A stretch of DNA of 61,144 nucleotides, the filler included. It is 4 parts of 4 records of this genome, joined end to end, with 100 filler letters (N's around TTAATTAATTAA, not from the genome) between each part and the next. Parts side by side here need not be neighbours in the genome. Positions count along the whole stretch, not along the records: positions 43,913 to 52,462 come from DRR378314_2011; positions 52,563 to 61,144 come from DRR378314_2017; 2 more parts are not named here. The stretch is one strand, 5' to 3'. The translations under genes were made by a program, and so were the position numbers. Position 1 is the stretch's first letter, and the number at the start of each line of letters is the position of its first letter. This document shows positions 52,279 to 61,144 of this stretch, in pieces. The notes under the pieces were generated by a model that did not search any database, was not told where the DNA came from, and saw only the letters and a program-made list of their open reading frames with translations.

Positions 52279-52462
52279 TTTATAGCAAGATTTCGTTCTC
52301 CTTTCTTTCCGCGAAAAATCAAAATCCGTATGCGAGGAGCAGAGTTACCAGGAATCGGAGGGCGCGGCACAACGTGCCGAGCCCAAGAAGCGCAGTGTGG
52401 GCTGCAATTTCGCAGCGCAGAGAGGTTCGAGTGGTAGGGGTAAGTGTCGCTCCGCGTTGTTG

Positions 52463-52562
52463 NNNNNNNNNNNNNNNNNNNNNNNNNNNNNNNNNNNNNN
52501 NNNNNNTTAATTAATTAANNNNNNNNNNNNNNNNNNNNNNNNNNNNNNNNNNNNNNNNNNNN
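52463..52562. other. Artificial contig spacer
   Basis: N44-TTAATTAATTAA-N44. Confidence 0.98.
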
Positions 52563-52593
<31 letters not shown>

Positions 52594-52886
52594 ATACCTT
52601 CTCGAACGCTTGCTGACCTCTTGCTCAGTGTGCCAACTCCGCCTCGGCTTGCAGCGGAGCTTGCTCAATACGTCCGTTTCTTCCCGCATTTTCCGCTGCG
52701 GAAGGATAAAGTGCTTCCTTATCTGCGATACCGCAATGCGCGCTGCCTTCGCCTTTGAACGCTGACAGCAATGCTTCGTCACGCCGTCGCTCTCTCCGGC
52801 CTGGCGCTCTACGTGCAGAATTTACCAGAGCCAGTTATATCGAAACAGTTTCCCCGGCCGGCGACTCCTCTATTGGGTATCTGAGA

Positions 52887-55482
52887 ATGGAGGATGAGGT
52901 CTGGATTCAGCGAACGGCCGAGGAGCCATTGACTGCTGAGGAGGTGCGACGGCACACCTTCGCTCCCAGCTGTCGCGCGACCGCAGAGGCGCACGAGTGC
53001 AAGTGGCAACGCACTGCTTCGCGTGCGCCTCGCTGCGCCTTTTCCTGCTTTGCCCCGCCCCCTTCATAGAACCGGATATTTCCGTTCGCAACCGTTTTGT
53101 TTTGGTTGCTAATATCAGATCTACTACGTATGCCTTGCACTTCGCTCTGCAGGAGCAGCAACTTCAGCAGCGCCTCTCGCAGGCGTCAGAGGCTGCGGAA
53201 ACAATGCGCAGCACGTTCTCGAGCGCGTGGGGCTCTGCGTCGTCGCTGTGGAGCTCGTTAAAGACAAAGGTACGTCCGCCGAGCAGGCACAGGGGATTTA
53301 AAGGGAGCGCGTGTTCCGTATTTTTCAGCACTTCTTTTTTTTCTGAAGTTGGGTAGGTCCCTATTTTGCGTTTCTGCTGCAGCCACGCCAGCCGCCACTG
53401 TTCGCCGGATACGAAGCGAGGTATCCACTTCTGCACGTCGCCGTGTCTAGACAGCACGGCGATCTCAACACTGCTGCTGGCGCTGCTGCTTTCGTTGCAG
53501 TCCGAGAGTGCCCTGGGCGAATACCGCAACGACCTCCAAGAACTCTCGGCCACAGTACAGCCAGCGCTGCGCAGTGCTGTGAATGCATCGCTTCCTGGCC
53601 GGTCTTCAGCCGCAGCACCGACCTCGTCGGAGCCAAAGAGGTCGGAGGAAGCGTGGGGCGGTTCGTTCCTGAACAGCCTCCGCTCCGCTCTCTACACAGA
53701 CCAGAGCGGCCCAAGCACGTCGCAAGAGGAATCCGTGCCAAGCGGGAGCGTCAAGTCCGTACCCAGAGTGCCCAGGTATGCATTTCAATTGGATAAATGT
53801 TTTCTATTTATAGCGTTATCCCTCTGTATTCGAGCAGCGTGTGTTGTTGTTGTTTTCTTGCGCTATGTGTTTCATGTGTCAGAATCCGGATGGTGAGGGC
53901 GCTTCGCCTCGTGTTGGACGAACGGGCCCGCTCGTGTAGGTAGATTCCCTCTCGCAGTTCCTAGCCCACTTTCCCTGATTTTTTTCATCCCTTGGATCAT
54001 GATTCCTCGGTACACATGCGATGAAATGATTCGTGTGTCGCCTATAAGAATGGGGCGAACACCAGTGTAACTTTGCAATACGCATGCTGCTCGTTCCGCT
54101 GCAGTGCCGCAGACGTGGCGGAATTGCGCAAAATGGATCCTGCCACCGTGTCGCTGCAATCGTCTGCGGAAACATACGCCGCCCTCGCTTCCGAGGAAGA
54201 AGAGGCTTTCAAAGATTGGTCGACTTTATTTGAACTTGAACTGAAAGAAAAGGAGATGAATCTACTTCTGCGAGTCAATGATGATATGCGCTTGCTCTAC
54301 GAAAAGCTAGGTACGGTCGAGAGGCGCTGTACCGCGCGTCTGTCGAATCTGTTCGCGCACACGATTCTTGCGTCTGGTGCTGAGCGGTACGCCGACGAGG
54401 ACGAGCAGTCGGACAAGCCAATAGTGCATTGCTTCCTGTGTCCTTGTAGAAAAGAGAGTATGATATCATTCAGAAGTCTGTGCGGGCGTTACAGTGTGTC
54501 ATCTGCGGCAACGCGGGGTCCGTGCGCACGCTGCGCTCGCCGCGCTGCCGGCGTTGGATTTCTCTTACGATATCTCTCGCCCTCCGGTGTACGTATGCCT
54601 GATCTGCTAGTGCCGGAATCCATCTCCAGCCACACCTTCTGGACACGCTATTACTTCCGATTGTTTGAATACAACCAAAAACTGAAACGAAGGGCGGAGA
54701 TGGCGCAGAGTACGTCGCTTGCAGTTCCGCAGACTGCTGCTTCGGGAGAGGCAGGGCGTGGCGCCGGTGTTTCTCACACTACAGCGCGCTGTAGCCGTAG
54801 CAAAGAGCTCACCTTATTGACGTGGATATGTGCTGTAAACAAGCCGATGATCTTTGGGGTAAACATTCGTTGCAAACGGGTTGCTGCATGTGCAGAGGCT
54901 GTATGTGCGCCACTTGGTGAAGGCGAAGATGACCTCGCTTGGGACTCGGACACCGAAGACGGCGCAGATGGGGCTGACGGAGAGAAAGGAGCAGGCAGCG
55001 TGGAAGGAACAGAGAGTGTTGGCCTCCCCGTTTCTTGCCGCAACGAGGGCGCATGTCCTTCCAATGATGCGCCTGAAGGGCGCACGTCTCCGGCCTCCGG
55101 TGAGAGAACTGACAACGAGACTGCGTCCGAATCGGAAGAGCCCGCGAAGCTCGTTGCGGAAGACGAACCAGCGCCGCAGCAGCTCGACGAGCCACTGCTC
55201 CGCTCGAACTCGCCCCCGGCTCCCGCAGCGGAGGATGTGAACAGTGCGCCAGCGCAAGAGACCGCGCGCGAATGGGTCACTTTATCTACTGCGGTGCGTA
55301 GGCAACAGTCGCGTGGCCGCAACACGTGTGCGCGTCAGCCCCTTACAAGCTGTGGGCGAGGAGCTCCACCTGCGCGCCGAGGCGCTTCTTGGTACTGCCT
55401 TGAAAACGGTTCTTCTTTTCTCGACCCTGCCTCTGCTGCTTGCGAAACGTGCCAGGAGGACGACTGGGACGACTGGGAATAG
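52887..55482 (+). CDS. BSD-domain protein (BSDC1-like), about 7 exons
   Basis: Exons 52887-52943, 53153-53269, 53501-53775, 54105-54310, 54611-about 54708, 54896-about 55293, 55456-55482. Motifs: YRNDLQEL, YEKLVPESISSHTFWTRYYFR; acidic tail ending EDDWDDWE. Confidence 0.8.
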
Positions 55483-56549
55483 ATACACGGGTTGTCAAGA
55501 CGCTATTGTACCGGCGCGGAGTTCCATGGCTGCAGTGCTTGGGCCACGCGGTAGCTTTTCGAGCGCGTGTTGCACGACCTTGAGATTGAGGACGAGCGAA
55601 TAAAACAACTCAACCGCAAACTACGTCTCTTCCTGTGCTCCTTCGATCCTAGCATACGCTCGGACGAAGCTCGGAAGCGGAGGCGCACACGAGCGGTGTA
55701 GAAGGCTCGGACATGTACTCGGAAATCGCAAGCCAGCAGTGCGCACGCACGACCCACAGAGGACGCGGCAGAACCGCCAAACGAGGTCTGTGTTCCGAAA
55801 AATCGGATCACAGCGCTCACAAAGGGTTAACAGCGTGCTCGATGCATACAGCAGCGCAAGAGCTAGCCTCTCTTCCCGTCTGCAATATCAGTGAGCAGGG
55901 CCCCGGTGACCTACAAGTGCGAGCGGAAAGCGAGCAGGACAACGAGCAACAAGCAGCGTTGGGCACTGCCGTCGTGAGTACATGCGGGTTACGACCAAGC
56001 TGATCACGTTTTGCACGTTCTCTTGCAGCACCAGCAACGCTAGCAGACAGAAGAAAATCACGTGATCATCCGCTGGTAAAAGGAAGCCGGGAGAACGGGT
56101 TAGAAGCACAGCAGAGAGAGCGGAACGCGGCAGCGAAATGCTGCACGTGTCGCCTCCGCAAGCGCAAGGCAAGGAAGGCACGTCACTCCTCACACAGCAG
56201 GCGACCAAGCGGAACCGAGCTCGCAAAACGAACGCAGCCTGGCCAAAATCACGCTGCCGTAATCAATGATCCATGGAACCGCGACGTCACTTTCATTTGC
56301 GTTCCTCAAGCGGCGGTAGTGGAATGAAATAAGGCGCAAGCCATACCTTGCAGTACGCGAACGTCGTGATCCGGCCGACGCACTTTTGGTGCGCCGAGCG
56401 CCCCAACGGGCCCCCAACCAACAAGCTGCTCGCGCAACACAATTCACCAAGACCCAGACACTGGAAAGGCCGCTCCGCGCAGCGTGCCAAGTGCATGAAA
56501 TACTTTCATACAGACACGCCAGACGGAGGAACCACCGCTTGGACTCAGT

Positions 56550-57334
56550 TTACTGCGAGTTGGAGTTGGGGCCCTTGGGGCGGCCAAAGCCGGTCACGAC
56601 GTTCTTGAAACGCTTGTTGTACTGGAGTCTCTTGCGAGCGCGTCCGGTCTTCTGCTTCTTCGATTCCTCGGACTTGGCGACCTTGGGCGTCTGGCCCTTG
56701 ACCTTTCCGGCACGAGCGAGAGATCCGTGCACTTTTCTGCTCCGCGGAAGCAACAGAGACAAAAAAGATTCGCATGGTTCAGCTCGTGCAGTGTATGATA
56801 ATGTCCCTGAACAGGCGGAAACGGGTTGGATAGCAAAGAAGGCCGCCAGAAGCGCAGAGGCAAAGCAGGAAACGCAGCGGCCAGAGCAGGACCCGGAGAG
56901 CAACACACGCGGCCCCCCACCAGGCGTGCAGACTGACTGCAGCACAAGCACCATTTCACAGGAACCACAGCCCCAGCAGCATCCACTCGCCAGCGGCCAC
57001 CGGAATGCAACATTTTCACCCGCGCTCTACAAAGATTACCATCTCTTTCGCATGTATATGTAGATACGTAGTGCAAGCAAGCGCGAGCGCGAAACCCGAG
57101 CGCAGCCGGCCGGGCTTCTGCTCCCGCAGGCCAAGCGCGGCCGCAACGCAGCACAAGAAGCAAAGCCCGTGCGCGATTCACTCGGCAACTCGCCCGGCAC
57201 GCATAATGATTGATATCCCGCCGCAGCAAAGAGCCCTCGCGAAAAAAAAGTATTCCGATATCGCAACACAAAGGACACGCTGGCGAGTGCGCACATCTTC
57301 TAGCTACTACAAATTTCCACGGCACGCACCCCAT
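56550..57334 (-). CDS. RPS30: 40S ribosomal protein eS30, not fused to a ubiquitin-like domain
   Basis: Exon 1 ATGGG (57334-57330) with gtgcgt donor, plus exon 56736-56550: [43 protein letters not shown]. Confidence 0.95.
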
Positions 57335-57733
57335 TGTTCAGTAGCTGTCCTTGCCGTTTCGTGAGTCGGTGAAAAAACTCGTGGAGAGCCGGAGGGAGGA
57401 ATCAGCGGGGGCCCACTGTGCCGTGCCATGTGACAACTATCCTCAACCCTACCATAAATGATCACTATCTGTTCGTCTATAAGACCAGAAGTGGAAATTC
57501 GACGATCTGATACATTACTAATGCTACGTCAATTCGTTCTACTCCTATGCGAACTACGCACCGCAGTACCACCGGCCCATTGGATCACAAATTCGATAGC
57601 ATTTTTCCCGAAGACACAACTGCCTCCCCCCTATGGTTGCGGAGCCCAACAGCGGAAGCTGACGAGCACGCTGCGCAAGCAAAGACTTCTTCTGCCCTCT
57701 GCTTCTTGCGAGGAAAATTCTCGTTGTGCAAAG

Positions 57734-60700
57734 ATGGTACGCGCTGCGGTCTTGTATCCCTGCATTTTGCACATGACGCCTCTGATTGACTATTCGGAAA
57801 TAAACCATACGTACGAGCCATGGAACGAGGATCGGGATTCGCCAGCGCCTCTCGATACCAAAGCAGTCGTCCCGCTCGTGCATCTGCAGCATAGTTCGCA
57901 AGGTTTCCGGCGTGCACGCGTGCGCTTTCGGTAGAGTCCTCTCTTCAGGAAATTTGCTCCTACAAAAGGGCCGTTTAGAGCAAAAGCACTGCATCACCGA
58001 ATGTTGCACGTTGGAGCTCCTTGAAATTGAACCGCAGCGGAGCGTGCGTGGCAGATAGCTTCGACGCGCTGGCTCCTCTGCAGAGCAAGCAATGCCTGTA
58101 TCTTCACGACGCTGCGTTTGCCTTGCAAGAAAACCACGTTTGTTGCTGCTTCGCGTGTTTGCGCGTGCGTCGCAAAGCGACGGGGCGCTTCTGTTAGCAT
58201 GTGCTCGATTGGTTCGCTGTGGCACCACACGCAGTTATGGGACGCGAATCGTGCAGGGACCCCCATGGCAAGGATTAGCCGGTCTGCATTGCATAGAGGA
58301 AGAACGCAATCGGTGTCCATTTGGTGGCGGATCTGCGCCCCAACGTGCACGGGAGCGCTCGGGGCCCCCCGTTGCTCCTACCCACTGCTGCTACGGTGTC
58401 TGCCGCTTCACCTTTGTGCCGTTTTTTTCTGATCCCCCCTTCATTGCAAGTCTCAATCCATTCATTGTAGCATTTGTGCGGTTTGCAAATAATGATGGAT
58501 GAAACCTAATCGCCTGGCCACTTGACGGGCCCTACTGTAGTGAAGATGCCAAACACCAGCGCTGTTGTCAAACACACAAGGAAGTGGAGCGGAATGTCGT
58601 GTAGAGAGACCGCGCGCGTCGCACTCGCTCGCTGGGACGAGGTTACTATATGCCTCTGCAATTGATGAGATGTCGATTGCGCACTCTCTCTCCTGCGAAT
58701 TCTACGATGTGTATGCAGTCCTCTGAAGAACGCCGAAGTCCTCTGCGCGAGGAGCGAAGGTTCGTTTGTACGCTTGAACGCGAGTGTATTTGCACGGTTC
58801 GCGCTCTGTGCTACGGTGAGGCACGCGGAGGCGGCCCCATCCGTAGGCGCCTCTCTCTCGCCTTCCTTCGCCTTGCTCCGCGACACCTGTTCCCAGTGGT
58901 CTTTTTTGTGAGCCCGCTTCGGTATGAGCGTGAGTAGCTGGGCTTTTATGTTGTGTAATCATGGCACATGCGTTTAGAAGTTACTCTGTGTTACTGAACC
59001 CAGCGCAGCGACAGCCAAACGGAGCATTGCGTCCGTTGTGACCGCGCGTGGAACTTGATACCGATGCTGCCCAAGGGAGCTGAGAGTCAGCTACCCGTGA
59101 GCCGCGTTGGAGCTCTGCGTCCGCGGGTCTATTTTCCTGTGTTTTTTGATTGTTTGTTTGTTTGTTTGTTTCTGCCATTTTGTACGTACTCTGGCCTTCT
59201 CCTGCGCATAATGCCAGAGAAATGCGCCTGTCCCTCATCGATCTGTATGTCTACGTCAATGTCTTCCGTGTCCCTGTGCTGCGTACTATCTCAGGGAGGC
59301 GTCGCCTGAACGCCGCGGACGGTCGAGCCGCAGCCGCAGCCGCAGCCGCTCGCCGGAGCACCGCCGTCACAGCAGCCGCTCGCGCTCTGGAGAGCGCCCG
59401 GTGCCCACACATGTACCGTCGCCAGAGTCTCAGAACCCTGGCAACAATGTGTACGTGTCAAACTTGTTCCATGGTACGCGCGAGCCGGATCTGGACGAGA
59501 TGTTCTCTCGGTACGGCAAGGTCAATTCTGTCGAGCTCGTCTACGATCCTCGCACGCACGAGTCGCGCGGTTTCGGATTTGTGACTATGGAAGTGTATGA
59601 CGATGCGGACCGTGCCATTGCCGAGCTGAACAACTCTGAATTCCAGGGCCGTCGTATTCGCGTGGAGAGGGTACGTTTCGGCTTCGACCATCTGCGCAAA
59701 GATTGGCATCGGGCAGAGGTAGCACACGTGCGGGGCGCGGGCAGATGCAGTGTCCTTGTCCAGCTATATCGATTGCAGCGGGGTCGGTGTACATGTGCAT
59801 GATCCCGATGTGTAGATCAAAATGGTGCTGCTTCCGCGTTTCCAATTTCTTGCTTTGTCTGCTCCGGCGCTCAAAGCGCGCCATCGCGCACCGCCCCTGC
59901 TACGCGACCACGACGTGGGCTCGAGCTCCGGGTGCATTAGCGAAGCGAACGAAGTCGTTCATTCATCGCGCTGCGCACCAAAGTGCCGCTACGGAAGTAG
60001 GCAAGAGTCGCAAGTTCCTGGCCAGCCGGGGTGCAGCAACTTCAATGTAGCGCTCAAGTAAGCAACATCTGTAAAAGAAAACGGCGCGCAGCCTCGGTTG
60101 CAAGTATCGACCCCATTCCGGTTGTTCAACTCGTTGCTACAGTCGTGTTCGAGCGTCACACCGATTGCGAGCGGGTAGCCATTGATCGGCACCGTAGACT
60201 CGTAGGGCGCAACTACGCTGCGTTCATGATATGCCTTCGAAATCGAGTCCTCGCTGCCGGAAAACCGAGCAGCGCTCGTTGTCTATGGCGGACATGCTTT
60301 TGCAATGCCACAGTCGTTTCCGGCCGTTACGCTCAACTCTCGCGCAAGATCGGTGGCGCATCGTGTGCGCGGTGCTTCAACCGCTGGCATATTCCTCGCT
60401 CTCTTTCGTTCGTTGCTCCAAGGCCGAGCACGCGCGACCTCAGATCCTCGCGGCGCTCGTTCTCAGCGAGTTCGCCGCATGCGTCACTACGAGACCGACG
60501 TTGCTCAAATCAACATGACTGTGCTTCACTTCCAAGTGTGGATATCATCAGCTCTGCGCCCAACCCCCGCGTCGTTGTATCTATTTCGCCACTACTCCGC
60601 TTCTCAGGCTAAGCGCAGCCGGCGCCGCGCGCCGACGCCGGGACAGTACCTCGGAAGTGATGCGCGTGCGCGCGAACGCTATGGTATGTCTGCACGTGCT

Positions 60701-61144
60701 CTCTGCCCTTGCCAGTAGATTCCATCCCTGGACTCCCCTGCTGCGCTAAAAAAAAAAAACCGCCACAGCTGAGTTAATGAGGTGCCCCCAAAGATTGGAT
60801 TGGGTGGGCGCAGTTCCCCCTTTGTCGGCCTCCTTTGCGATCAGGTACAGCACCCGAGGCAGAAGGAGACCGCCTGTGCTTGATATGGAGCTGCGCGCTT
60901 TTCCTGCTCATGTGCGCGTTGCCTTCAGCAGCGCTCACAAGCACGAGATCCCCTGTACGCTGTATCCACCGCACGGTCTCCAGACCTCGCTAGGTATTAT
61001 GGTTGGCGTGAAGCTGAACGTGCTTTTGGTCGTACAGACCGCCGCTATGACCCGTACGGTGGCAGGGGCGGTCGCTACGACCGCGGACGCGGCGACGACC
61101 GGTATGGATACGATGACCGTCGCGGCTACGACGACCGTCGCGGC
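57734..61144 (+). CDS. TRA2/SR45a-like RS-RRM-RS splicing factor, 3'-truncated by the window
   Basis: Exons ATG 57734-57736 (inferred), 58719-58759, 59295-59670, 60608-60683, 61038->61144. Motifs: RSRSRSRS, NPGNNVYVSNL (RNP2), SRGFGFVT (RNP1), VERAKRSRRRAPTPGQYLG, RD/RG/Y tail. Confidence 0.88.

Noticed and set aside
52380-52462. GGTTCGA B-box-like strings as tRNA genes (also 33373 and 36028)
   Set aside because: No cloverleaf stems could be formed
54073-55482. 469-aa single-exon ORF
   Set aside because: Read-through of in-frame introns of the BSD gene; GT/AG sites bracket the non-homologous stretches
56737-57329. Intronic snoRNA in the RPS30 intron
   Set aside because: No convincing C/D box pair on the sense strand by eye; an Infernal scan would settle it
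59325-59350. (AGCCGC)n tandem repeat
   Set aside because: It is simply the coding RS dipeptide repeat of the SR protein

Overview
The window is four unrelated contigs joined by artificial 100-bp spacers (N44-TTAATTAATTAA-N44) at 25522-25621, 43813-43912 and 52463-52562. Contig 1 (1-25521) is a gene-dense gammaproteobacterial chromosome segment, Marinobacter-like by inference from gene order and protein style. It carries an RND permease, a lipase/foldase/hybrid kinase/LuxR regulator module, a periplasmic binding protein, an aminotransferase, an inositol monophosphatase, slmA, thiG-thiS, apaH-rsmA-pdxA-surA-lptD, amgK-murU-djlA, an orphan PAAR gene, rpe-gph, and trpE preceded by an unannotated Trp-rich leader peptide. 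Contigs 2-4 (25622-61144) are intron-rich eukaryotic DNA from a probably flagellated, non-animal protist. Hand-spliced GT-AG gene models there give a 3R-MYB, a TMEM17/216 ciliary protein, a kinesin with degenerate switch I and II, a SILK/RVxF + acidic + PH protein that may be fused to that kinesin, an SLC25 carrier, COQ7, a bacterial-type TrmB, enoyl-CoA hydratase, a BSD protein, eS30 and a TRA2/SR45a-like splicing factor. The most interesting signals are the probable pseudo-kinesin and its possible PH/PP1-docking fusion, the strong +4C bias at 5' splice sites, the terminator-less trpE leader, and a three-copy operator-like motif upstream of the lipase module. All exon models were made by eye from phase-compatible GT/AG sites and family motifs; no database search was run.
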